Assembly: GCA_963764595.1 (NCBI GenBank)
Contig: CAVXTG010000006.1
Coordinates: forward strand, 71,168-135,167
Source of the DNA: an uncultured Actinomycetes bacterium
Lineage (GTDB): Bacteria > Actinomycetota > Thermoleophilia > Gaiellales > Gaiellaceae
Length of the DNA: 64,000 nucleotides
Reading direction: 5' to 3'
Shown here piece by piece: positions 41,748-50,942 of this stretch. The stretch's first letter is position 1. The number at the start of each line of letters is the position of its first letter. Below the pieces are notes generated by a model that saw only the letters and a list, made by a program, of their open reading frames with translations, did not search any database and was not told the DNA's origin. The translations under genes were made by a program, and so were the position numbers.

Positions 41748-42439
41748 ACCCGCGCTTACCTCGACCAGTCCATCTCGCTCCAGCGATGCAACTGCGTCAG
41801 CGTCGAGGCCGGTTGTCTGCCCGGCCGCTACGAGGCGTAGCGTTTCGGCGCGGCGTTGTCGGAACGAGCCTTCGAAGTGCGATTGCTTGCGTCGAGGCTC
41901 GAAGCGGCGGCCCGCGGAGGGACAGTCACGTGCCAGCGGACAGACACCGCAGCGCGGGATGCGCGCCAGGCAGACCATGGCGCCGAGGTCCATCAGCGCC
42001 GCAGCCGACTCCGGCCCGAACTCGCCGCCTGTGCGCTCCAGCACTCGCTTGACGTTCGTGTCGACGGGCAGCACCTGCTCGCCGAGCGCGAAGCGCCGAA
42101 CGGCGTCGGCGGTGTAGCGCCCGACCCCGGGCAGCTCGGTGAGATCGCTCGGCCACCCGTCCTGCGGCGACGCGCTGCGCCGCCCGGTGCAGGTTGACGG
42201 CAGCGACGGTTGTAGCCGAGTCCCTGCCACGCTCGGATCACCTCGCCGCGCCGCGCCGCCGCCAGCGACTCGACCGAAGGCCAGCGCTCGATCCAGGCGA
42301 GGTAGCGTGGGATCACGCGCGGCACCTGCGTCTGCTGGAGCATGACCTCGGAGACGAGGACCCGGTACGGATCGCGCGTCCGGCGCCAGGGCAAGTCGCG
42401 CCCGTTCTCGCCGAACCATGCGAGGAGCGCGCCCTGCAT
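41727..42439 (-). CDS. HhH-GPD base-excision glycosylase (MutY/Nth-like, 4Fe-4S), interrupted by two closely spaced +1 frameshifts (about 42155-42210)
   Basis: From the ATG (complement of 42437-42439): MQGALLAWFGENGRDLPWRRTRDPYRVLVSEVMLQQTQV...WQGLGYNRR. A second frame gives AVNLHRAAQRVAA, and a third gives DGWPSDLTELPGVGRYTADAV...CLARIPRCGVCPLARDC (cluster Cys). Confidence 0.7.
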
Positions 42440-42453
42440 GGCCGACGAGGCTA

Positions 42454-43496
42454 CTAGGAGGCTTCGGCGTCGACCAGGCCGAGGAAGCGCGCGACCGCCG
42501 CAGTCCGCGTGCTGACGCCTAGCTTGGCGTAAACGTTCTCGAGGTGCTTGCGCACCGTGCTCGGTGCGAGCCAGAGCAGCTCGGCGATCTCGCCGTTCGT
42601 CTTGCCGCGCGCCACCCACGAAAGGACCTCCCGCTCGCGGGCAGTGAGACCGATCCCGTCCTGCTTCTCCTCCAGTAGAAGTGCACCCTCGCCCCGCCTC
42701 ACCGTCAGCCGGCGCCCGTCGAGCTGACGGACGAAGGGCTGACCGCCGTCGGCCTCGAGCCAATCGGCGAGTGCAGCCGGTAGCCGGCCGCCGGTTGCCG
42801 GCGGGAAGAACTGATGCAAGAGCCGTTGCGCCGGAGGCGAGGCGAAGCTGACCTCAGTCCCGTCGCCGAGCAGAACCACGCCGCGTGTGTCGTGCTCGTC
42901 CGCGCGGTCGAGCTCGGCCAACGCAGCCCTCAGCTGCCGCCGGCTCCTCGCCGCATGCCAGAGGCGCGTGAGGTGCGGCTGCAACAGATCGAGAATGAGC
43001 CGGTCGCGCTCGGTGAAGTCGCGGCTCTCGCGTCCGCGGTCGAACAAGAACGTCTTCGTATGCCACAGCGGCGAGGGAATCGGAACGTTGAGCTCATGCT
43101 CAACCCCAAGGGGCCGGAACCAGACGTCGTAAAGCCGCGTCTGGCGTAGCTGCCGGTACGTGAGGAAGTCCGAGACCTTCAGCGCCGCAGTGTGCCCCTG
43201 TTGGTGGCGGAGACAAACCGGGTGCGCCTCGATAACGAAATCCCAGAACAGCGACGCCGAGGTCGTCGTCGCCGAAGTCGTCACCCTCGTCACCGACCCG
43301 CGCGACATTCAGCAGATCTCGCCTCCGCACCCGGTCGAGCTCGTTGTATGTGACCCAGTCGGCGTGCACGAGCTGTCCGAGCTCGACGAGAAGCTCTCCG
43401 GTGAAGGGCTCGATCGCCGCCGAGGCTCTCGGCCTCGGCGACGAACCGCAGCAGGCGCTCGGCGTCGCTCCTCGTCAGCGCAGGCACGGCTCTCAA
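42454..43496 (-). CDS. LuxR-family transcriptional regulator, interrupted by two frameshifts (near 43410 and about 43245-43290)
   Basis: Three track ORFs join into one protein. 43290-43496 gives MRAVPALTRSDAERLLRFVAEAESLGGD. 43100-43369 gives PFTGELLVELGQLVHADWVTYNELDRVRRR. 42454-43308 gives FWDFVIEAHPVC...LTAREREVLSWVARGKTNGEIAELLWLAPSTVRKHLENVYAKLGV (the LuxR HTH). Confidence 0.7.
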
Positions 43497-43644
43497 AGAT
43501 ACGACGAATGGCGAATGGACTCCACCCCCCGACTGGGGGAGCCTGTGTCACTCGCTTGACAGTGCGTCTGTGGCGGCCGTGAACGACGCGCGCCACGGCG
43601 GGTCGTACGGTCGGGCGAAAGACAACCAAAGGAGAGTGACGCTC

Positions 43645-44907
43645 ATGCGAAGATTCATCCTGGCCGTGCTCGCGGTCGCGGTGCTTGCGGCGCCTGCGAC
43701 CGCTCATGCGGACACGGTCACGCAGTGGAACCAGAATGCGGCGAACGCGATCTACGTGACCGCGGCGCAACCGCCGAACGTGTCCGTCCTGCATATGGCG
43801 ATGGTGCAGGGCGCCGTCTACGACGCCGTCAATGCGATCGACGGCGGCCATGAGGGCTACCTGCTCACGTCACGTGTTGCCACGCCGACGGACTCGAAGG
43901 ACGCCGCAGCTGCGACCGCGGCGTACAAGGTGCTCGTCAGCATCGTCCCGGTTCAGGAACCCGCGCTGACAGCGCTCTACAACGCCTCGCTCGCGGGGAT
44001 TTCGGACGGGGCGGCCAAGACGCGCGGAATCGCCGTTGGCAACGCCGCGGCGGCGGCGATGATCGCGGCGCGAACAGCCGATGGGCGCTTCGGCCTGTTC
44101 CGGTTCGTGAACGGGACGACGCCTGGAGCGTGGCGGCCGGTGCTGCCGGCGTTCGGCAGCGATCCAAATGCATGGGTCAAGGACGTGAAGCCGTTCCTGA
44201 TCAAGGAGGCTTCGCAATTCCGTTCGTCTGGCCCGTACGAGCTGACGAGCCGCAAGTACGCGCGGGAGTTCGAGGAGGTCAAGAGGGTCGGTTCGGCCTC
44301 GGCCCCCATCACCGACCGTAGCTTGGATCAAACGGACGCCGCCCTCTACTGGGCGGAGAACCCTCCGCGGACCTGGAACCGGATCCTGAACTCGCTCTCC
44401 GCCTCGAGGGGCGTCTCGCTCGTCGAGAACGCGCGCCTGTTCGCAGAGGTGTACCTGGCCGTCGCCGACGCATTCATCGCCGTCTGGGACGAAAAGGCGC
44501 ACTACTCGTTCTGGCGCCCGATCACGGCGATCCGCGAGGCGGACACCGACGGCAACCACCGTACGAAGAAGGATGAGAACTGGCTGCCGCTCGTGGCCAA
44601 CCCGCCGTACCCGGACCATCCCTCCGGCCACCTCGGCTTGAGCGGCGCGGTCGGGAAGACCCTGCAGCAGTTCTTCCACACCGACCGGCTCGCGTGGACG
44701 GACACGAACGTCGCGGGGCGCACCCGCAGCTTCACGCGGGTCTCGGACGCGATCGAGGAGATCGTCGACGTCCGCGTCTGGTCGGGGATCCACTTCCGGA
44801 ACGCCGACGAGGCGAGTGTCCAGATCTCGCGGCAGATCGCGAAGTACCGCGACAAGCACTTCTTCCAGGAAGATCACGACCACGACCACGACGACGACGA
44901 CGACTGA
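43645..44907 (+). CDS. PAP2-superfamily / vanadium-haloperoxidase-like secreted protein
   Basis: The ATG at 43645 is preceded by AAAGGAGAG. Signal peptide MRRFILAVLAVAVLAAPATAHA. Motifs KAHYSFWRP, PSGH and RVWSGIH. Acidic tail HDHDHDDDDD. Confidence 0.75.
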   Translation: MRRFILAVLAVAVLAAPATAHADTVTQWNQNAANAIYVTAAQPPNVSVLHMAMVQGAVYDAVNAIDGGHEGYLLTSRVATPTDSKDAAAATAAYKVLVSIVPVQEPALTALYNASLAGISDGAAKTRGIAVGNAAAAAMIAARTADGRFGLFRFVNGTTPGAWRPVLPAFGSDPNAWVKDVKPFLIKEASQFRSSGPYELTSRKYAREFEEVKRVGSASAPITDRSLDQTDAALYWAENPPRTWNRILNSLSASRGVSLVENARLFAEVYLAVADAFIAVWDEKAHYSFWRPITAIREADTDGNHRTKKDENWLPLVANPPYPDHPSGHLGLSGAVGKTLQQFFHTDRLAWTDTNVAGRTRSFTRVSDAIEEIVDVRVWSGIHFRNADEASVQISRQIAKYRDKHFFQEDHDHDHDDDDD

Positions 44908-44920
44908 GGTCTGACTCGCA

Positions 44921-44952
44921 GCGGCCGCCCGGTTCTCCGACCGGGCGGCCGC
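44921..44952 (+). terminator. Perfect 13-bp GC hairpin after the PAP2 gene
   Basis: GCGGCCGCCCGGT - TCTCCG - ACCGGGCGGCCGC, 14 nt after the stop codon. No U-tract. Confidence 0.5.
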
Positions 44953-44968
44953 TAGATTCACTCGGGCG

Positions 44969-45960
44969 ATGAAGAGGGTTCGCTTCGCGCCCAGCCCGAC
45001 CGGCTCCTGCACGTCGGGAACGCGCTCAGCGCCGTGATCAACCGGCGCGAGGGCGATTGGATGCTGCTTCGCATCGACGACACGGATCCGGCGCGGAACG
45101 TTCCAGGCGGAGAGGAAGCGATTCTCAGCGACCTCGAGTGGCTCGGGCTCGTCTGGGACGAAGGGCCCGAGCGTCAGAGTGATCGCCAGGGGCGCTACCG
45201 GGAGGCGGCCGAGCAGCTCGGCGGGGATCGCTTCGGGCGGACGACGCTGCTGCGCGAGGACGGAACGGCCACGTACCACCTCGCGAGCGTCGTCGACGAC
45301 ATCGACTTCGGGATCACACACGTCTACCGCGGGAACGACCATCGGCCGAACGAGCAGCTTCACCGGCAGCTCCACGAGGCGCTGGGGACGACTCCGCCGG
45401 AGTACGTCCACCACGGCTTGATCCTCGGCGAGGACGGCAAGAAGCTCTCGAAGCGGGAGGCCGGAGCGACGGTCGCCTCCCTTCGCGAGCTCGGCATCCC
45501 GGCCGAGGCCGTCCGCCGCTATCTCGAGGAGCTCGGAATCCCGAGACACGACATCCACTACGACCTCTCGCGGATCCGGCGGCTCTCGATCGAGGCGATC
45601 GAGGCGATGAGCGACGCGGAGCTCGCCGGCCGTGCCGGAATTCCGCCCGCAGCTGTAGCTGTCGCTCGCGGTGCCCGCGACCTCGAGGAGGCGCGGGACT
45701 ATGCGACCCAGGTGCTCGAGTCGCCGCCGACACGGCCGAGCGACGCGCCCGAAACCCTGCTTCGCTTCAAGGAGCTCGCCGACGGAGATCCACGCGCGGT
45801 CCTTCGCGAGCTCAAGGCGGTCGGCGGCGACCTGCGCGCGCTGCGGCTGGCGCTGACGGGACGCGACCGAGGGCCGGAGCTAGCGGCGATACTGGCCGCG
45901 TTGCCGAAGGAGGAAGCGCTCCGCCGTGTCGACCAGGCTCTACAACACACTCAGCCGTAA
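44969..45960 (+). CDS. gltX: Glutamate--tRNA ligase-like protein, unusually short (about 331 aa), interrupted by a -1 frameshift near 45005-45008
   Basis: From the ATG at 44969 it reads MKRVRFAPSPTGS, then one missing C (TCC CTG) shifts into track ORF 45034-45960. The repaired sequence is PSPTGSLHVGNALSAV (HIGH)...LRIDDTD...TYHLASVVDD...KLSKRE (KMSKS)...LRLALTGRDRGPEL (GluRS C-terminal helix). It sits at the B. subtilis gltX position, between ispF and cysS. Confidence 0.75.
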
Positions 45961-47201
45961 GCCCGAAGAGCTCCCGGACGCTCCGGGGCCCGTGCGGATG
46001 TACATCTGCGGCCCGACGGTCAACGCTCGGGCGCACATCGGGAATGCGCGCCCGTTCGTGCTCGGGATGTGGCTGCGCTCATGGCTCCAGCTGCGTGGGT
46101 ACCAGGCGATCTTCGTTCACAACATCACCGACATCAACGACAAGATCTATGACGCCGCCCCGGGGGCGAGCGCCGAGCTCGCCGAGCAAAGTGACGACCT
46201 GGTACCTCGAGGACACGGCCGCTTTCGGGCTCGGAATGCCCGACCATCTGCCGAGGGCGAGCGAGGTCGTCCCCGAGATCGTCAAGTTCATCGAAGCCTT
46301 GATCGAACGTGACTACGCATACGCGGTCGAGGGCGATGTCTACTTCCGCGTTGCCCGTTTCCCCGAGTACGGGCGTCTTTCCGGCCAGCGTCCCGACCAG
46401 GTCGAGGACCAGGAGCCGAACCCGCTGAAAGAGGATCCGCGGGACTTCGCGCTCTGGAAGGCCAACAAGCCGGGGGAGGACACGTGGTGGGAATCGCCGT
46501 GGGGCCGAGGACGACCCGGCTGGCACATCGAGTGCTCCGTGATGGCCGAGGAGCTGCTCGGCCCTGTGTTCGAGATTCACGGCGGCGGCCTCGACCTCGT
46601 GTTTCCTCACCACGAGAACGAGCTCGCACAGTCGCGTGCGCTCGGCCACGAGTTCGCGCGGATCTGGATGCACAACGGCATGCTCCGCTTCACCGACGAG
46701 AAGATGTCGAAGTCGCTCGGCAACGTCGTGACGATTCGCGAGGCGCTCGACGATTGGGGCCGTGAGACGCTGCTCGTGTACTTCCTGACGGCCCACTGGC
46801 GGAAGCCGATCGACTATTCCGACGAGACGCTGCAGGCGGCTGCTGCGCGGGCCGACCGCTTCCGGGAGGTGTTCCGCAACCCGTCCGAGCCCGCGCCGCC
46901 CGATGCGTGGGACCGCTTCGCCGCCGCGCTCGACGACGACTTCAACACGCCCGAAGCGCTCGCGCTGATGCACGAGTGGCGCGACCACGACCTCTTGCGG
47001 CGGGCGCTGGGAGTCTTTGGGCTCGAATCGCTCGCCGAGACCGAAGCCGCGCCGGCGGTGGTGATCGAGCTCGCGGAGCGGCGTCGGGAGGCGCGGGCCA
47101 ACCGCGACTTCGAGGAAGCCGACCGGTTGCGCGGCGAGATCGCGGAGGCCGGCTGGGAGGTTCGCGACGAGGGCGACGGCTTCCAGCTCGTGCCGAGATG
47201 A
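45926..47201 (+). CDS. cysS: Cysteine--tRNA ligase, interrupted by a +1 frameshift in AAA 46188-46190
   Basis: From the GTG at 45926: MYICGPTVNARAHIGNARP (HIGH)...ITDINDKI...AELAEQ, then a shift to VTTWYLEDT...WGRGRPGWHIECS...HHENELAQ...KMSKSLGN (track ORF 46044-47201). Confidence 0.92.
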
Positions 47202-47909
47202 CCGAGCATGTGTATGGGCGCAACGCGGTCCGCGAGGCCGTTCGCGGGCCGCGTGAGGTACGAGAGGTCTGGACGACAGAGCGAGCGCTTGCGGGCGAGG
47301 AGTGGCTCCGCGAGGAGCCTGGCCTTCGCGTCCACGTGAAGCCGGAGCGGGCACTCACAGAAGAGGCCGGGACGCGCGACCACCAGGGCGTCGTCGCCCG
47401 GGTTGGCCCCTACCGGTACGCGGACGCCTACGAGCTCGCCGCCGCTCGACCGGCCGCTGCTCGTCTGCCTCGACCAGGTGACCGATCCACACAACCTCGG
47501 CGCCGTGATTCGCAGCGCCGAGGGCGCGGGCGCTACGGGTGTCGTCGTTCCGTCGCACGGAGCCGCCCGGGTCACGCCCGCCGTCTCGCGTGCGTCAGCG
47601 GGCGCTGTCGAGCATCTTCCCGTCGCAGTCGTCCAGAACCTCGCGCGGTACCTCAACGACGTCAAGGGCCCGGACCTCTGGGTGTGGGGAGCTGCGTCGG
47701 ACGGCGGCACCTCGCTCTGGGAAGCGGATCTCGACGGCGGTGCGGCCTTCGTGCTCGGCGCAGAGGGCCGAGGCCTCCGTCCGCTCGTGCGCCGGGCGTG
47801 CGACGGGCTCGTCTCGATTCCGCTGGCCGGGAACGTCGATTCGCTCAACGTCAGCGTCGCCGCGGCGGTGCTGCTGTACGAGGCGAGGAGGAGGCGGCGC
47901 AATGCCTGA
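47198..47909 (+). CDS. rlmB: 23S rRNA (guanosine-2'-O)-methyltransferase RlmB/TrmH family, interrupted by a +1 frameshift near 47438-47446
   Basis: The ATG at 47198 overlaps the cysS stop (ATGA). Reads MTEHVYGRNAVREAV...DHQGVVARV...YELAA, then shifts to LDRPLLVCLDQVTDPHNLGAVIRSAEGAG...FVLGAEGRGLR...IPLAGNVDSLNVSVAAAVLLYE (track ORF 47403-47909). Confidence 0.87.
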
Positions 47910-48339
47910 TCCGACCCTGTACCTCTTCGACGGTTACAACGTGCTGCATGCCGCCGGGATCAAGGAACGGCGGGAGCTGATCGACGCCCTTGCCAGCTTC
48001 GTCGCCATGCGCGGAGCGCGAGGCGTGGTCGTCTTCGACGGCGCCGGCACTGACGAGCGTTACGGAACGCTCGAGGTGCGCCATGCGTCCCACGCCGACG
48101 CGATGCTCGAGCGCCTCGCTGCGGAGCATCGCGAGACCGAGCGCGTCTGCCTCGTCTCTTCGGACGCGGCGGTCCGCGGGACGTCCGGCCAGAAGGTGGC
48201 GAAGATGAGCTCGCGGGAGTTCGCCTCGGCCCTGACAGCCGTCGAGCATCGCGAGGACCAGCCGAGCAGGATCGGCGACCGAGTGGACGAAGAGACCAGA
48301 GCACGGCTCGAACGGCTGCGCCGTGGTCCGATCGAATAA
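47902..48339 (+). CDS. NYN-domain protein (YacP/Rae1-like)
   Basis: Internal ATG at 47902 of track ORF 47539-48339. Begins LYLFDGYNVLHA...VVVFDG. Sits directly after rlmB, as yacP does in Bacillus. Confidence 0.8.
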   Translation: MPDPTLYLFDGYNVLHAAGIKERRELIDALASFVAMRGARGVVVFDGAGTDERYGTLEVRHASHADAMLERLAAEHRETERVCLVSSDAAVRGTSGQKVAKMSSREFASALTAVEHREDQPSRIGDRVDEETRARLERLRRGPIE

Positions 48340-48478
48340 GGACCAGCGCAAGATTCAGCTGATTCGTACGGGTCCAGTGCAAGACGCTTGTAATGTCTGC
48401 TCAACCTTGCTACCTTCCCGATCAGGTTGAGGCTGAGACTCGTCCGGTCGAGCACCGGGCCGCACCGCCAAAGACGCC

Positions 48479-49144
48479 ATGGCCGCGAGACCCGCCACGC
48501 GATTGACCCCGGCCCAGCGGGCCGAGCGAGAGCTCGAGGATCTCCAGCTCGTTCTGCGGGCCCGAAATGGGGACTCGCGGTCGATGGATGTCCTGATGCG
48601 CCGCTACACCGGCTTCGTGCGGCTGAAGGCGAGCTCGTACTTCCTCGCCGGCGGCGACTCGGAGGATCTGATCCAGGAGGGCCTGATCGGCCTCTACAAG
48701 GCGGTTCGGGACTTCCGGTCCGACAAGGAGACGTCGTTCCGGAGCTTCGCGGAGCTCTGTATCACCCGCCAGATCATCACGGCGATCAAGACCGCCACGC
48801 GCTTCAAGCACAGCCCGCTGAACACGTACGTCTCGTTCAGCCAGACGCCGGCGGGCCAGGAGTCGGAGGGCGACTGCACGCTCGGCGACGCGTTGCCGGG
48901 GCCGTCGGTCGACGAACCGTCGATCATGGTCATCTCGACCGAGGAGCTGCAGAGCCTCGTCTTCTGCCTCGGGACGGGGCTGTCGAAGCTCGAGGCGGAC
49001 GCGCTTCGCCTGTACCTCGAGGGCTCGTCCTACGAGGAGATGGCGCAGGAGCTCGGCGTCGACACGAAGACGATCGACAACGCGCTCCAGCGGGTCAAGC
49101 GCAAGATCCTCCAGCACCAGGCCGGCCGCCAGGTGCTGCAGTAA
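48479..49144 (+). CDS. sigH: RNA polymerase sigma factor, SigH (Spo0H) type
   Basis: 221 aa. Contains LIQEGLIGLYKAVRDFRSDKETSFRSFAELCITRQIITAIKTATRFKHSPLN and IDNALQRVKRKI. As I recall the sequence, these are nearly identical to the hallmark region 2/4 segments of Bacillus SigH. The rlmB-yacP-sigH order is also the Bacillus order. Confidence 0.85.
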   Translation: MAARPATRLTPAQRAERELEDLQLVLRARNGDSRSMDVLMRRYTGFVRLKASSYFLAGGDSEDLIQEGLIGLYKAVRDFRSDKETSFRSFAELCITRQIITAIKTATRFKHSPLNTYVSFSQTPAGQESEGDCTLGDALPGPSVDEPSIMVISTEELQSLVFCLGTGLSKLEADALRLYLEGSSYEEMAQELGVDTKTIDNALQRVKRKILQHQAGRQVLQ

Positions 49145-49147
49145 GCG

Positions 49148-50014
49148 CTAAGCGATCGCGGCGGCCGCGGTGACCGGGTCTGCGTCGAGCAGCTCGACCT
49201 GAGCCTTGTCTGCGAGTGATCTCGATGCTCCCGCACCAGCGATCGCCACTCGCGTGTAGCGCGCAAGTCGCGCAAGGGTGTCGACGAGCGGGGCAAGTCT
49301 CCTTCGCGCGGTGGCCGAGACGATCACGAGCGCCGGCTCGAGTTGCCGCGCAGTGTCCTCAAGGGTGTCCGCCGGTGTGTCAGGTCCGAGGAACGTGATT
49401 CGCCATCCACGGCGCCGGAGAGCGAGGCCGAACGCGATCAGACCGAGATCGTGCAGCTCGCCGGGCGCGCATGCGAGAAGGGCGCGCGGTCCCTCGCCGC
49501 TGTCCCAGCCGCGGGCGAGACCGAGCAGGCGTCCGCGGAGAACGTTGGACGCGAAGTGCTCCTGTGCCACGCTGGCTTCCCCGTCGGCCCAGCGCTCTCC
49601 CAGCTCGGCGAGGTAAGGCATCACGACGTCTCGCAGGACGGTCTCGATCGTGAAGCCTCCGAGGAGGCGATCGAGCGCCCCCTGACTGTCTGTCTCGGCG
49701 AAGGAGTCGAGCGCCGACCGAAGCGACCGGACCGCATCTTCTAGCTCGGCGGAGCCGTTCTGGGCGGCGCCCTGAGCCGTCGCGGCCTCGTCCGCAGCGC
49801 GACGTGCCGCCTCGGCGGCAGCCAGGCCTGTCCGAAGATGGGCGCGCATGAGCTCCACGCGCCGTTCGTCAGCATCCGAGTAGAGACGAAAGCCGCCGGA
49901 TGAGCGCGCGGGCCGAAGGAGGCCGTAGCGCCGTTCCCAAGCGCGGAGCAGCTCGGGCGTGACACCCGTGCGGCGGCTCAGTTCGCCAATTCGAAGGTAA
50001 CCGGGTGTCTCCAT
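49148..50014 (-). CDS. MerR-family regulator with B12-binding domain (CarH/LitR-type photoreceptor candidate)
   Basis: Internal ATG (complement of 50012-50014) of track ORF 49148-50287. HTH: LRIGELSRRTGVTPELLRAWERRYGLL. B12 module with W-x9-EH (WADGEASVAQEH) and ExHxxG (ELHDLG). Confidence 0.82.
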   Translation of the reverse strand: METPGYLRIGELSRRTGVTPELLRAWERRYGLLRPARSSGGFRLYSDADERRVELMRAHLRTGLAAAEAARRAADEAATAQGAAQNGSAELEDAVRSLRSALDSFAETDSQGALDRLLGGFTIETVLRDVVMPYLAELGERWADGEASVAQEHFASNVLRGRLLGLARGWDSGEGPRALLACAPGELHDLGLIAFGLALRRRGWRITFLGPDTPADTLEDTARQLEPALVIVSATARRRLAPLVDTLARLARYTRVAIAGAGASRSLADKAQVELLDADPVTAAAAIA

Positions 50015-50020
50015 GGCCTC

Positions 50021-50094
50021 ATTGTACGGAATCTGTACAGAATCTTGACACCAATCGGGCAACTCTGTACATTCCTTGAACAGAACCAGTACAG
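50021..50094 (+). promoter_or_regulatory. Divergent control region: TTGACA-18-TACATT promoter overlapped by six 11-bp-phased (T/A)G(T/A)ACA repeats (putative CarH/LitR operator)
   Basis: TGTACG at 50023, TGTACA at 50034 and TGACAC at 50045. TGTACA at 50066, TGAACA at 50077 and AGTACA at 50088. The -35 is at 50044-50049 and the -10 at 50068-50073. On the other strand, TACAAT (complement of 50021-50026) lies 6 nt before the regulator ATG. Confidence 0.5.
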
Positions 50095-50110
50095 AGGAAG
50101 GGAGGAGCAC

Positions 50111-50350
50111 GTGAAGGCACTTGACTTGGTTACGGCAGTGCTCGTCATCGTCGGGGGTCTCAACTGGGGTCTCGTCGCGATCGCCGAGTTCGACCTCGTT
50201 GCCGCAGTGGTCGGCGAGGAGTTCGGCACGACGAACGTACTCAGCCGGATCGTCTACGGGCTCGTCGGGCTGTCCGCGGTCTACCAAGCGACCAGGCTGC
50301 CGGCACTCGCTGCACGCGAACGCTCGAACCCGAGGGCGGTGGCAGCGTGA
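50111..50350 (+). CDS. DUF378-family small membrane protein
   Basis: The GTG at 50111 is preceded by GGAAGGGAGGAG. Contains LVIVGGLNWGLVAIAEFDLVAAV...SRIVYGLVGLSAVY, the DUF378 signature. Confidence 0.75.
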   Translation: MKALDLVTAVLVIVGGLNWGLVAIAEFDLVAAVVGEEFGTTNVLSRIVYGLVGLSAVYQATRLPALAARERSNPRAVAA

Positions 50351-50862
50351 TTTCGCACCGCCTCACTGCAGTCGCCCTCGTCATCGCGTCGATCTCTGTA
50401 GCAGCCGCCGGCGGCGGAAGCGCCTCGGCCGAGCGGCAGGCGGCGACCGACAAGAACATCGTCCAGGTCGCGTCGGAGGCAGGTCAGTTCAAGACACTTG
50501 TCCGGCTGGCGAAGCGGGCGGGCCTCGCCGGAGCTCTGACTGGGCCGGCGAAGCTGACGGTGTTCGCCCCGACCGACAAGGCGTTCGCGAAGGTCCCGAA
50601 GGCCACGCTGGCGAAGCTGCAGCGGAACCGCGCCCAACTCCGGGCGGTCCTGCTCTACCACGTGGTCAAGGGGAACGTGAAAGCGGCGCAGGTCGTGAAG
50701 CTCCGTCGCGCGAAGACCCTGAACGGCGCCAGCGTCCGGATCGGCGTCAAGGGGAGCCGCGTCTACCTGAACCGGAAGGTTCGAGTCACGGCGACCGATG
50801 TGGAGGCCTCCAACGGCACGATCCACGTCATCGATGCGGTCCTGATCCCGCCGATCAACTAG
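50347..50862 (+). CDS. Fasciclin (FAS1) domain protein, secreted
   Basis: 171 aa, with GTGA overlap with the DUF378 gene. Signal peptide, then NIVQVASEAGQFKTLVRLAKRAGL...LTVFAPTDKAF...LLYHVVKG...NGTIHVIDAVLIP. Confidence 0.87.
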   Translation: MISHRLTAVALVIASISVAAAGGGSASAERQAATDKNIVQVASEAGQFKTLVRLAKRAGLAGALTGPAKLTVFAPTDKAFAKVPKATLAKLQRNRAQLRAVLLYHVVKGNVKAAQVVKLRRAKTLNGASVRIGVKGSRVYLNRKVRVTATDVEASNGTIHVIDAVLIPPIN

Positions 50863-50876
50863 CCGGTCTTGCTGTA

Positions 50877-50917
50877 GCGGGAGCGTCCCGGATCCTCAGC
50901 GGCCGGGGCGCTCCCGC
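50877..50917 (+). terminator. GC hairpin after the fasciclin gene
   Basis: GCGGGAGCG (50877-50885) pairs with CGCTCCCGC (50909-50917). There is an inner CCCGG/CCGGG stem. No U-tract. Confidence 0.4.
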
Positions 50918-50942
50918 GTGGTCCGCCTACGATGTGTGGAGC

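Noticed and set aside
48391-48431. A TAATGT box and an 8-bp inverted repeat (CTCAACCT at 48400-48407 and AGGTTGAG at 48424-48431) upstream of sigH, as a candidate promoter or operator.
   Set aside because: It is a short, single occurrence with no recognisable -35 or known operator consensus. I noted it but it is too weak to report as a feature.
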